A stretch of 64,000 nucleotides of DNA from Thermocoleostomius sinensis A174. Its GTDB lineage: Bacteria; Cyanobacteriota; Cyanobacteriia; Elainellales; Elainellaceae. Made by a program: the position numbers and the translations under genes. The DNA lies in the NCBI RefSeq assembly GCF_026802175.1, contig NZ_CP113797.1, positions 719,026-783,025 on the forward strand. The letters are read 5' to 3'. Shown one piece after another: positions 50,111 to 59,526 of this stretch; the stretch's first letter is position 1; each line of letters begins with the position of its first letter. The notes beneath the pieces are model-generated. The model saw only the letters and a program-made list of their open reading frames with translations, had not been told where the DNA came from and ran no database searches.

Positions 50111-50986
50111 ATGAACTCTCCTACTCTCAGTGTCATTATTCCTACTCATAATCGCCCCCATTTGCTTCCTTTGGCAGTTCAAAGTGCGCTTGACCAAACC
50201 TTTGAAGACTTGGAGGTGATTGTGGTGGATGATGCATCCACGGAACTCGCCGTGTTGCCGAATGATCCGCGTCTACGGGTGATTCGCCTTTCAATGTCTC
50301 GTGGAGGAGCAGGTGCGCGCAATGTTGGCACTGAAGCTGCTCAAGGACGGTGGATCACCTATTTGGATGATGACGATCGCCTACTACCTCATATGGTTGC
50401 TACATCGTTGGCAGCGCTCGATCAAGCAACTCTGCCACCACCCGTTGCAGTAATCTCTGGTATTGAGGTCATTAACGCTCAGGGACAACCTCTACATCAG
50501 CGGTTTCCACCACCCATCCGTCCTCGTGGTTGCTACTTTGCGTTGGAAGAGTTGGAAGCTGGTAAATCTTACAATACCAAGCAAACACTGGTCGTTGAGC
50601 GGGAGGTCATTCTCCAGATGGGAGGATGGGATGAAACATTTCGTTCACGTGTACATTCTGAATTGTTTCTCCGATTAAATCCAGTTTGCTCGATCGTTGG
50701 TGTACCTGTTATTACCTATCAACTCTATAAACATGGAGAAATCCAAGTTTCTAGAAATCCTGCGTTGCGTCAGCACAGCTTTGAACAACTGATCCAAAAG
50801 CATCGAGCAGCGTTTGAGGCTCATCCTAAAATGTTTGCGAAATTTGTCTACGATCACGCTCAAACCTCTTACGAACAAGGTCAAATCAAGGCAGCGATCG
50901 TCAATTGGTTAAGAGCAATGAAGCTTTCGCCGCAGTATACTTTCAGCCAAATGATTCAACCATTCCGCAAAAGATTGCATCGTTAA
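50111..50986 (+). CDS. Glycosyltransferase family 2
   Basis: …LSVIIPTHNRPHLLPLAVQSALDQTF…EVIVVDDAST… is the GT2 DxD-containing N-terminal signature. The ATG at 50111 is preferred over the TTG at 50084. Confidence 0.8.
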   Translation: MNSPTLSVIIPTHNRPHLLPLAVQSALDQTFEDLEVIVVDDASTELAVLPNDPRLRVIRLSMSRGGAGARNVGTEAAQGRWITYLDDDDRLLPHMVATSLAALDQATLPPPVAVISGIEVINAQGQPLHQRFPPPIRPRGCYFALEELEAGKSYNTKQTLVVEREVILQMGGWDETFRSRVHSELFLRLNPVCSIVGVPVITYQLYKHGEIQVSRNPALRQHSFEQLIQKHRAAFEAHPKMFAKFVYDHAQTSYEQGQIKAAIVNWLRAMKLSPQYTFSQMIQPFRKRLHR

Positions 50987-51262
50987 ATTTCCAAAGCTGT
51001 TTTAATCGATATCTACTAACGAGGTCTCAGTCGTGTGTGGCCATTGGGTAGCACCAACAACGTCTAGACAGACAAGTGGAAATACTGGCAACCTCAAGAT
51101 TTTGAAGGTAGATCGTGGGTGTCCAACAGCGGCTGGCCGATTCGGTTTACTGATGTTGGAGCATGATTGATCCGCCGGATGTCAGCAAATGGATCATTGG
51201 CGGAGGCAATTACGGTTTAGCATAATCCTTATGAGCCAACGCTGAGCCACCCTTTCGCTTTT

Positions 51263-51679
51263 ATGAATGATCCGATGCCCCCTTCTAAACCTGGACACGT
51301 CAATGTGCAAGCTGAACTGGCTAAAGAGCGCAATCGGGCGGCAGCCGAGCGTACCCTGATGGCATGGATTCGGACTTGTTTGGCTTTGATCAGTTTTGGG
51401 TTTGGTATCGATAGCATCGTCAGTGCCATTCGCAGTTTGCAGTTTGCCAATGAGATCAATCCGATTCGCTTTTCCCGGATTCTGGGCTTAGCCTTCATCG
51501 CCTTGGGAATCTATGCCATGATAATGGCCACGATCGAGCATCGCCAAGAATTGCGCCGAATTCAGCGTGAAGAGTATCGCTATACTCCCCGTCGTTCTTT
51601 GGGATTAACCGTTGCCCTTGCGCTGGTTGGCATTGGAATTTATGCGTTCGTTGGCATTTTAGTGCGGGCGTTCATCTAG
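51263..51679 (+). CDS. DUF202 (YidH-like) small membrane protein, paralog 1
   Basis: …ELAKERNRAAAERTLMAWIRTCLALISFGFG… is the conserved DUF202 N-terminal motif, followed by 2-3 TMs. Confidence 0.6.
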   Translation: MNDPMPPSKPGHVNVQAELAKERNRAAAERTLMAWIRTCLALISFGFGIDSIVSAIRSLQFANEINPIRFSRILGLAFIALGIYAMIMATIEHRQELRRIQREEYRYTPRRSLGLTVALALVGIGIYAFVGILVRAFI

Positions 51680-51697
51680 AAGAAGGAGGGATGAGCA

Positions 51698-52126
51698 ATG
51701 AGGGATGAATTTCGATCCTTACCAGAACCACCGACTGGCGCGACCAACGAACTGGCTAAAGAGCGGAACCGGGCAGCGGCTGAGCGTACACTCATGAGTT
51801 GGGTTCAGAATTGCTTGTCATTGATTGGTTTTGGCATTGCCTTCGATCGGATTTTCAATGCAATCGATCAAACATTTCCCAACAACGATCGGATTTTGAA
51901 CACGACCCTCACTGCTCTGATCGGTTTAAGTGCGATCGCAGCAGGCGTCATTTTGTTGATACTAGCCATCATCAGTTACCTTCAGCAAATTCAAGGGCTA
52001 GGTCAGGCAAACTTTCCCTATCAAACGCCCCATTCTCGTTCGTTATTAACCCTGATTGCTACCTCAATCATGTTATTTGGAACCATTGCGATTGTGGCGA
52101 TTTTGATTAGGCTTGCCACACAGTAG
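51698..52126 (+). CDS. DUF202 (YidH-like) small membrane protein, paralog 2
   Basis: …ELAKERNRAAAERTLMSWVQNCLSLIGFGIAFD… shares the same motif. A strong SD AGGAGGG before the ATG. Adjacent paralog. Confidence 0.6.
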   Translation: MRDEFRSLPEPPTGATNELAKERNRAAAERTLMSWVQNCLSLIGFGIAFDRIFNAIDQTFPNNDRILNTTLTALIGLSAIAAGVILLILAIISYLQQIQGLGQANFPYQTPHSRSLLTLIATSIMLFGTIAIVAILIRLATQ

Positions 52127-52191
52127 GACACTGAGTAGCCAGATGTATTCCATTGTGTTTCGGGTGATAGGAATAGCGATCGCTAGTGCAT

Positions 52192-52938
52192 TTAGACGCT
52201 AACCGAGTAGACCAACGCCCGCCAAGCAAACTTCGGTAAAGCTAACATGCGTCGCCACCGCCATGGTTCTTGATACAGACGATAGGCCCACTCGAGATGA
52301 TTGTTGCGTAACCAGCCCGGGGCGCGAGTTTTCGTACCTGCCCAAATATCAAAACTACCACCTACTCCAATCCAAATTGCGTTTGGGCAGATGTGGCGAT
52401 GGTCAGCAATCCAAAATTCTTGGCGCGGCACTCCTAACCCCACCAGAATGATATGCGGCTGCAAATCTTTCAAGGTTTGCAAGAGCAATGGCTGTTCATC
52501 GATCGTCAAATATCCGTGCTGCACCCCTGCAATTGGCAACCCTGGCACTTGCTGTTGCCAGCGATCGGCAGCCGTTTGTGCCACGCCAGGAGCACCACCA
52601 TAGAAAAAAACAGGGCAGGACTGCTCCAACGTAACAGATTGTCGCAACAACAGTTCAGCTAGCTCAATTCCTGGGCATCGCCGCACCCGATTGCCATGAA
52701 ACTGTAAATACAGCACCACACCCGAACCATCGGGAACCACCAGTTCAGCTTGTCGAATAATTGCTGCCAGCGCTTCATTCGATTCTGCCTGCATCGCCAT
52801 CTCAGCGTTCAGCGTTACCACATGTGTCCCTTGCTGCTGTTGCAGACGATCGAGTAACCAACCAGCGTAATTGGTCAGTAAGTGCACAGGCAACCCTAGG
52901 ACAGACGATGTAGACAACGATTCTTGTGACGACTTCAT
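52192..52938 (-). CDS. WecB/TagA/CpsF family glycosyltransferase (N-acetylmannosaminyltransferase-like)
   Basis: The C-terminal …GVGGSFDIWAGTKTRAPGWLRNNHLEWAYRLYQEPWRWRR… is the family signature. Confidence 0.8.
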   Translation of the reverse strand: MKSSQESLSTSSVLGLPVHLLTNYAGWLLDRLQQQQGTHVVTLNAEMAMQAESNEALAAIIRQAELVVPDGSGVVLYLQFHGNRVRRCPGIELAELLLRQSVTLEQSCPVFFYGGAPGVAQTAADRWQQQVPGLPIAGVQHGYLTIDEQPLLLQTLKDLQPHIILVGLGVPRQEFWIADHRHICPNAIWIGVGGSFDIWAGTKTRAPGWLRNNHLEWAYRLYQEPWRWRRMLALPKFAWRALVYSVSV

Positions 52939-53398
52939 GGTGGTTAATGGTTATCTTTATAGGTATTCGTTGCTCTTTATCCCAAACCAATTATAAAGAT
53001 AGAAGGAAAAGGCGCAATTAATGCAATTCTCTATCAAGTTACATAGTGTACCGACTCCTACTAACCTCCCTTATTAAGGAGAGGAGCCGCAGGCGGTGAG
53101 GTGAAGGCGATGCAACATGACAAAGTACTAATATAGGATGTGCTAGCAAACAACATTGACCAAACATTATTAACAAACAGCAAGTATCAACAAACAGCAA
53201 GAAAAAAGGGCGAGATACCTCACCCTTGCAAAGAGATTTTATAGTGAACAATGAATCAAACACATTGATGCGAAGAATATACTAAAAAACAGTGTATCAA
53301 AATGATACTTTTGGGAATGACATTTTCGGAAATAACGCTTGCAGAAATTAGACAATTATTCAGCCAACGTTCACAGTGGCTGGCAAAGTATTGAATGG

Positions 53399-53602
53399 TT
53401 AAACAAATAGGCGTGGAACGTTGCCTTGATCAAATACTAGCGTAGTGGTGATAGCAGGACGATCGCCAGAAGCAGCTAAATTTTGATCAAAAATAAACTC
53501 ACTATAATCGGCTAAATTGTCAAGCCCTACCAGGTTGAGAATCACTTCTGCAATCAGCCAAGTTGCAGTTTTAAGAAATAAATTTCTCCGTTGTGCGTTC
53601 AT
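53399..53602 (-). CDS. Small hypothetical protein (67 aa) with a twin-arginine-like N-terminus (QRRNLFLKTATWLIAEVIL…)
   Basis: A strong SD GGGAGGAAAG 5 nt before the ATG at 53600-53602. A hydrophobic segment follows the RRxFLK-like motif. The longer track ORF starts upstream. Confidence 0.3.
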   Translation of the reverse strand: MNAQRRNLFLKTATWLIAEVILNLVGLDNLADYSEFIFDQNLAASGDRPAITTTLVFDQGNVPRLFV

Positions 53603-54024
53603 CTGTCTTTCCTCCCATCCTGGCGATTCCTGCAAGTTTGAGGTGGTGTTCGTTGTGTTTGATGTCCTATCAAGTTCTCCAGCCTTTAATAGGGACATTA
53701 TGCAAAGCGTTACAGTTTTTTATGAGAAGTTCACACTGGCTATTACTTTACAAATGCTGCTTTAAGGTCAACCGCAATCTCCTGATGCCTCAATGTTTTG
53801 ATCTACAGCGGTGAATTTGTGAGCCATATCACAGACCGTGTTATTTGCTTGATTTTTACGCTACGGAGAAAGAGAGAAGATTCAGGGAATCGCCCAGCTT
53901 TTTGCCCGGGCGATCGAAATCAAACTTTTTAACCAAACGATCGTCAGCGCTTAACCTCTTTCTCATACACTCCTGCATATCCGCCGCATTCAAACACCTG
54001 GATTGAACGTCAAGAGAGGAGTGC

Positions 54025-55152
54025 ATGAAAGTTCGTTTTCGATTAAGCTGGCTGGCAGCCGTTTCTGCCATTTTTGTGTTGTTGAGTCAAGGCTCTGTGA
54101 CAGCCTATCCCACCCTATCTGGTGCGCCCCCACTGGTAATTGGGCATCGAGGTGCCAGTGGCTATCTGCCAGAACACACCTTGGAGGCCTATCAACTAGC
54201 GATCGAGCAAGGAGCCGATTTCATTGAGCCAGATTTGGTGTCCACTAAGGATGGGGTGTTGATTGCCCGGCATGAACCCAATTTGATCGACACCACCAAC
54301 GTCAGTGAAGTAACAAAATTTGCCGATCGTCGCAAAACCGTATCCGTCGATGGAGCCGAGCAAGAGGGCTTTTTCTCGGAAGATTTTACTCTCGCTGAAA
54401 TCAAAGAACTGCGGGCCCGGCAAGCCATGCCTCAGCGCGACCAGTCGTACAACGATCAGTATGAAATTCCAACACTGCAAGAAATTATTGACTTGGTGAA
54501 ACAAACCGAGGCAGACACCGGACGGCGCATTGGCATTTATCCTGAGACCAAACACCCCACCTATTTTGATCAACTGGGGCTATCGCTGGAAGAACCGCTG
54601 ATTGAAACCCTCGTGGCTAGCGACTTTACTGATCCACAGCGTGTTTTCATTCAGTCTTTTGAAGTGACCAATCTCAAAGACGAACTGACTGCTCTCATGG
54701 CTCAAGCCGGAATTGATCTCCCTTTGGTGCAACTATACGACGAATTTCAGCTTCAGCCCTACGATTTTGTTGTCAGTGGCGATCCGCGCACCTACGGCGA
54801 TCTAATTTCAGCCGATAGCCTCCGCAACTTTGTTTCCACCTATGCCAGCGGCATTGGTCCTTGGAAACGCACATTTGTCTTAACCGAACCGATCGATCCG
54901 CCCGTCGATGCGAACGGAGACGGCACCGCCGAAGTCACCGAGCGCTTAACCGGGGAAATTCTGCCCGTGATTGAAAATGCTCATGCGGCTGGCTTGCAGG
55001 TGCATCCTTACACCTTCCGCGATGAAGAGAAGTATCTCACCGTCGATTATGAAGGCAACCCGATGGCCGAGTACCAACAATTCTATGAACTCGGTGTTGA
55101 TGGCGTGTTTTCCGACTTCCCAGACACAGCCGTAGCCGCACGGGAACAGTAG
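54025..55152 (+). CDS. glpQ: Glycerophosphodiester phosphodiesterase (GlpQ/UgpQ-like), secreted/periplasmic
   Basis: An N-terminal signal peptide, then …[48 protein letters not shown]… GDPD catalytic motifs. The SD is AGAGGAG. Confidence 0.85.
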   Translation: MKVRFRLSWLAAVSAIFVLLSQGSVTAYPTLSGAPPLVIGHRGASGYLPEHTLEAYQLAIEQGADFIEPDLVSTKDGVLIARHEPNLIDTTNVSEVTKFADRRKTVSVDGAEQEGFFSEDFTLAEIKELRARQAMPQRDQSYNDQYEIPTLQEIIDLVKQTEADTGRRIGIYPETKHPTYFDQLGLSLEEPLIETLVASDFTDPQRVFIQSFEVTNLKDELTALMAQAGIDLPLVQLYDEFQLQPYDFVVSGDPRTYGDLISADSLRNFVSTYASGIGPWKRTFVLTEPIDPPVDANGDGTAEVTERLTGEILPVIENAHAAGLQVHPYTFRDEEKYLTVDYEGNPMAEYQQFYELGVDGVFSDFPDTAVAAREQ

Positions 55153-55291
55153 TAGAAAGAAAAGAATGAGAGATAAGAGACGAAGGAAGAAAAGCTCCCC
55201 GTTCTCGACTCCCGACTCCCGACTTCCCATTCCCCCCTGTACAATAACGTCCTAAGATGAAGTTTTCTCGATCGAAGCTTATCTTAGGGAC

Positions 55292-56488
55292 ATGACCGAT
55301 ATGGTTAAAGCCACATCCCCCACCACTGTAGAAATCCGATCGGTAACAACACCGCAGGAAGCAGAGCAATTTCTCGATCTGCCGTTTAAGGTCTATGCCA
55401 ATGACCCGAACTGGGTTCCGCCCATTCGCAGTAGTATTGCTAGTCAGTTTGCGCCCGAAAATCCATTTTTTGAGCATGGGCGACTGCAACGATTGATTGC
55501 GGTGCGATCGGATGAAGTGGTGGGGCGAATTGTGGCAGCGGTGAACGATCGCCTAATCGAGCGGGAAGGCCGAAAGGTAGGATTATTTGGCTTTTTCGAG
55601 TGTATTGAAGATTTCACCGTGGCCAAAGCATTGCTGAACGCAGCGTGTCAGTGGCTACGGGAGCAGGGGATGGAATTAGTGCGAGGTCCGATTAATCTCT
55701 CTACGCACAATAGCTGCCTGTTTTTGGTAGATGGCTTCAACTCGCCGCCTATGATCATGATGCCCTACAACCCGCCCTACTACCCTGAATTTGTGGAACA
55801 AGACGGTTGGTACAAAGCGAAAGATGCGTACGCCTATAACTTTGCGCTAGACAAACCTCTCCCTGATGAATTTGAACGGGCTTACCGAATTGCTTGCAAA
55901 GCGGGTGTCACCTTTCGTCCGGTGCGAACCAAAAGCCCAGGGTTTGAAGAAGATGCCGAGCGGATATTTCATCTGCTCAATCGCATGTTTGCCAACAACT
56001 ACAGTTCTACGCCATGGTCGAAAGCGGAATTTATGGCGGAAACACGATCGATGCGAAGCCTATTAGACCCGGATGTATTTCCGATCGCTGAATACAATGG
56101 CGAGATGATTGGGCTGTGGATGGGCTTGCCTGACTACAACATTGCACTCAAGCATGTAGGTGGCAACCTAAACTTGATCGGTACGCTCAAATTTCTTTGG
56201 TATCGTCGGCAAATTGACCAAGGGCGCGTAATCTATATTTGCTCATTACCAGAACATCGCCGCAAAATGGTGCCGCTGGCATTGATTTATCTAGGTATGA
56301 TGGGTGGAATTAAGAAGGGAAAACCCTATAAACGAGCCGAACTGGGACATATTTATGAAGACAATTACCCATCCCGAAAACTGGTAGAAGCATCGGGAGG
56401 AACCATTCATAAAACCTATCGTATTTATGAAAAGAATCTTGGCATGGCTGAATCGAGCTATGAATCTGACTACCTCCCCTCATCCTAG
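55292..56488 (+). CDS. GNAT-fold acyltransferase of a large (about 400 aa) subfamily, function unknown
   Basis: 398 aa. A GNAT/FemAB-like double-lobed architecture is inferred from the length and conserved hydrophobic or acidic blocks (…GLFGFFECIEDF…, …EMIGLWMGLPDYN…). No specific family is assignable. The stop codon lies inside a MITE-family repeat copy. Confidence 0.45.
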   Translation: MTDMVKATSPTTVEIRSVTTPQEAEQFLDLPFKVYANDPNWVPPIRSSIASQFAPENPFFEHGRLQRLIAVRSDEVVGRIVAAVNDRLIEREGRKVGLFGFFECIEDFTVAKALLNAACQWLREQGMELVRGPINLSTHNSCLFLVDGFNSPPMIMMPYNPPYYPEFVEQDGWYKAKDAYAYNFALDKPLPDEFERAYRIACKAGVTFRPVRTKSPGFEEDAERIFHLLNRMFANNYSSTPWSKAEFMAETRSMRSLLDPDVFPIAEYNGEMIGLWMGLPDYNIALKHVGGNLNLIGTLKFLWYRRQIDQGRVIYICSLPEHRRKMVPLALIYLGMMGGIKKGKPYKRAELGHIYEDNYPSRKLVEASGGTIHKTYRIYEKNLGMAESSYESDYLPSS

Positions 56489-56589
56489 ACTTCTCCCAAC
56501 AGGGTGAGGGAACAACTGATCCGGCTCTCTTCTCCTTCCAGGAGCAGGGTGGAAATGAGGGCAACCTCTGACGTGAATTCAGCAACGCC
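56477..56589 (+). mobile_element. Partial copy of the MITE-like repeat family (right arm ending …ATTCAGCAACGCC) overlapping the last codons and stop of the upstream acyltransferase gene
   Basis: About 100 bp align to 41609-41712 (…AGGGAACAAC…GGCTCYCTTCTCCT…GGAAATGAGGGCAA…TTCAGCAACGCC). Confidence 0.55.
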
Positions 56590-56819
56590 AGAATCTTTAG
56601 TTTGATTGAATCGTTTATCCTTCAGCCTCCATCTTTACCTCTATCTTTTCGCCTTTTTGATAGAAACCACTTTCCTAAGCGTCTACTATCAGCTTTGAAT
56701 CCTGAACCAGAGGCGGTAGACTATTAACCAATCTTATTTTCAATCAAGATTAAATGATTAGACGATCGTGATAGATCGCCTAATTTGTCGTCTGCTCAAT
56801 CGCACGAGGCTGACATCTA

Positions 56820-58400
56820 ATGCGTGTTTTACTGCTGTATCCGCTGTTCCCAAAAAGCTTCTGGTCGTTTGAGGAAGCATTGGAGCTATTAAACCGCAAG
56901 GCCATGTTTCCGCCTTTAGGACTGATTACCGTGGCAGCGCTGCTACCTCAAGATTGGGAGTTCAAGCTCGTCGATCGCAATGTTCGAGCAGTGACAGACG
57001 CTGAATGGGAATGGGCGGAGATGGTGATTCTCTCGGCGATGATTGTGCAAAAACCGGACTTACTAGAGCAAATTCGCGAAGCGAAGCGCCGGGGTAAGCG
57101 GGTGGCGGTGGGTGGGCCCTATGCTACCGCGTTGCCGCAAGAAGTGGCTGAGGCCGACTACCTGATTCTGGATGAGGGCGAAATGACATTGCCTCAGTTT
57201 GTGGAGGCGATCGAACGGGGTGACACGCAGGGGATTTTCCGGGCTAATGGCGAAAAGCCCGATGTGACGCAGACGCCGATTCCACGCTATGACTTGTTGG
57301 ACTTTAACGCCTACGATTCGATGTCGGTGCAGTTTTCGCGAGGCTGCCCGTTTCAGTGTGAATTCTGTGACATCATTGTCCTGTATGGTCGCAAACCCCG
57401 CACCAAAACGCCTCAACAGCTTTTGGCAGAACTCGATCGTCTCTACGAATTGGGCTGGCGCGGCGGTATTTTTATGGTGGACGATAACTTCATCGGCAAC
57501 AAGCGCAACGTAAAACTGCTGCTGAAGGAATTAAAAGGCTGGATGGCCGAGCGGGGCTATCCCTTCGGCTTTGTGACAGAGGCCTCGGTAGATTTAGCCG
57601 ACGATCCAGAGTTGATGGAAATGATGCTGGAGTGCAACTTTGGGACGGTGTTTCTGGGCATTGAAACACCTGATGAAGACAGCCTAGAGTTTACGAAGAA
57701 GTTCCAAAATACTCGCAGTCCCCTGGTGGAAGCAGTGCAGCGCATTACCAAAACCGGACTACGGGTGATGGCTGGCTTTATTATTGGCTTTGACGGCGAA
57801 AAACCAGGTGCAGGCGATCGCATTATTCGTTTTGTGGAACAAACTACCATCCCGAACCCGTTCTTCAGTATGTTACAAGCTTTGCCTGATACAGCCCTGT
57901 GGCATCGGCTGAAGAAAGAAGGACGGCTGCGAGAAACCCAGGATGTAAACGGCAATCAAACCAATTTAATGAACTTTGTGCCAACTCGTCCGATTGAGGA
58001 AATTACCCGTGAGTACATTGATGCTTTCTGGACGCTGTACGACCCGGAAGTGTACCTCGATCGGGTCTATCGTCACATCATGATGATGGGTGCACCCAGG
58101 GTTAAATCAACGGCACAACCGATTACCTTTGATCAGATTCGTGCCGGACTAACGCTGATTTGGCGGCAAGGTATTAAACGCAAGACGCGCTGGAAATTTT
58201 GGCATCATTTTCTCAACGTGTTGCGCCACAATCCTAGGCTGTGGATTAAGTTTGTGATTACCTGTGCCTATGGCGAACACTTTATGGTGTATCGCGAAGT
58301 GGTGCGAAATCAACTCGAAAAACAATTGGCAGAGTTTTTGGCTGAAGAGCAGCGACTGCAAGTGGAACCTGATTCGTCGATTCAATCAATTGCTAGTTGA
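56820..58400 (+). CDS. B12-binding domain radical SAM protein with a C-terminal DUF4070 domain (class B radical SAM; possibly HpnP/HpnJ-like)
   Basis: An N-terminal cobalamin-binding Rossmann-like domain, the radical SAM CxxxCxxC motif …RGCPFQCEFCDI…, and C-terminal …RWKFWHHFLNVLRHNPRLWIKFV… typical of DUF4070. Confidence 0.85.
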   Translation: MRVLLLYPLFPKSFWSFEEALELLNRKAMFPPLGLITVAALLPQDWEFKLVDRNVRAVTDAEWEWAEMVILSAMIVQKPDLLEQIREAKRRGKRVAVGGPYATALPQEVAEADYLILDEGEMTLPQFVEAIERGDTQGIFRANGEKPDVTQTPIPRYDLLDFNAYDSMSVQFSRGCPFQCEFCDIIVLYGRKPRTKTPQQLLAELDRLYELGWRGGIFMVDDNFIGNKRNVKLLLKELKGWMAERGYPFGFVTEASVDLADDPELMEMMLECNFGTVFLGIETPDEDSLEFTKKFQNTRSPLVEAVQRITKTGLRVMAGFIIGFDGEKPGAGDRIIRFVEQTTIPNPFFSMLQALPDTALWHRLKKEGRLRETQDVNGNQTNLMNFVPTRPIEEITREYIDAFWTLYDPEVYLDRVYRHIMMMGAPRVKSTAQPITFDQIRAGLTLIWRQGIKRKTRWKFWHHFLNVLRHNPRLWIKFVITCAYGEHFMVYREVVRNQLEKQLAEFLAEEQRLQVEPDSSIQSIAS

Positions 58401-58437
58401 GGAGGCGGGAGTTGGGAATGGGGAGTCAAGGGTAGGA

Positions 58438-59400
58438 ATGAAAGCACTGGTAACGGGCGCAAATGGGTTCACAGGTTCTCATTTAGTCAAAGCGCTGGAG
58501 CAGCGGGGAGACACGGTTGTTGGTTTGGTACGTGAAACTAGCGATCTGTCTCGTTTGGCAGGCTGTCAGGTGCAATTGGTACATGGTGATATTACCGATC
58601 GCACCGCGTTGCAAACAGCGATGCTAGGCGTCGATGTGGTGTTTCACACAGCGGCTTATGTGGAACTGGGCTTGGTCGATGCCGCCAAGATGGAACGCAT
58701 CAATGTGGAGGGTACGCGGGCGGTGCTGGAAACGGCTAAGGCGGCAGGGGTGTCTAAGCTGGTGTATTGCAGCACGATCGGTGTGTATGGTGACACTAAA
58801 GGGCAGGTGATTGACGAAACCTTTCAGCGGCAGCAAGCCGATTTTTCCTCGGCCTACGATTCCACGAAATATAAGGCTCAGCAGTTAGTCGATCAGTTTG
58901 CTGCCGAAGGACTACCCGTGGTCAGTGTTATGCCGTCAGGGATTTTTGGTGCAGAAGATCCGCACTTTGGCCCGGTGTTGCAAACGTTTCTGAACGGACG
59001 GCTCAAGGTATGGGCTGGGGGCGATCGCATGACGGGCATTGTGCATGTGGATGACTTGGTGGCGGCAATGCTGCTTGCCGTGGAGAAAGCGGCACCAGGG
59101 TCGCACTACATTATTTCTACGGGCGATCTCAGCACCCGCGAAATGTTTGAGTTTCTTAGTCAAGAAACGGGCATTCCTGTACCGCGTGAAGTGCCGGAGC
59201 CGATCGTCCGTCTGGCTGGAAATCTCCTCGATCCGATCGGTCGCTTATTGTCTTGGCAACCCCCAATCAGCCGTGAACGAGTGCATTATGTTTACGATCG
59301 TTGTGTGCGAGTAGATGGCTCGAAGGCTCGGCGAGAATTGGGCTGGCAACCACGATCGGTAGAGCAAACCCTGCGAGATTGCTTGCGAATAGAAAACTAA
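58438..59400 (+). CDS. NAD-dependent epimerase/dehydratase family protein (extended SDR; HpnA-like sugar epimerase candidate)
   Basis: An N-terminal Rossmann motif MKALVTGANGFTGSHLV and the YxxxK active-site context …YDSTKYKAQQL…. The ATG at 58438 lies downstream of the radical SAM stop. The longer track ORF from 58264 overlaps that gene. Confidence 0.8.
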   Translation: MKALVTGANGFTGSHLVKALEQRGDTVVGLVRETSDLSRLAGCQVQLVHGDITDRTALQTAMLGVDVVFHTAAYVELGLVDAAKMERINVEGTRAVLETAKAAGVSKLVYCSTIGVYGDTKGQVIDETFQRQQADFSSAYDSTKYKAQQLVDQFAAEGLPVVSVMPSGIFGAEDPHFGPVLQTFLNGRLKVWAGGDRMTGIVHVDDLVAAMLLAVEKAAPGSHYIISTGDLSTREMFEFLSQETGIPVPREVPEPIVRLAGNLLDPIGRLLSWQPPISRERVHYVYDRCVRVDGSKARRELGWQPRSVEQTLRDCLRIEN

Positions 59401-59420
59401 CACTTTTATCTCGAACCGCC

Positions 59421-59490
59421 CTCATCCCTAGCCCTCTCCCACGTTGAGGGGAGGGCTAAAACTGGCGGCATAGCCAGGGGGTTCAGCGCT
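59421..59490 (+). repeat. Short variant of the MITE-like repeat family forming an 11-bp GC-rich hairpin (CTAGCCCTCTCC…GGGGAGGGCTA) between convergent genes; probable bidirectional terminator
   Basis: Shares the 5' CCTCATCCCTAGCCCTCTC and 3' GTTCAGCGC ends with the other copies. The inverted repeat is directly visible. Confidence 0.5.
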
Positions 59491-59526
59491 TTCACACAAA
59501 CTAGCTGAAAGATTAATTGCTTCGCA

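Noticed and set aside
56489-56600. A possible cobalamin riboswitch (AGGGAA…GGTGGAAATGAGGG) upstream of the B12-binding radical SAM gene
   Set aside because: It lacks the B12 box (GCCACTG) and the conserved core order. The sequence is instead explained as a copy of the MITE-like repeat family (it aligns to 41609-41712).
58264-58437. A long N-terminal extension of the epimerase (track ORF starting at 58264)
   Set aside because: It overlaps the 3' end of the radical SAM gene in another frame. The conserved Rossmann start MKALVTGANGFTGS at 58438, with an upstream purine-rich stretch, is the credible start.
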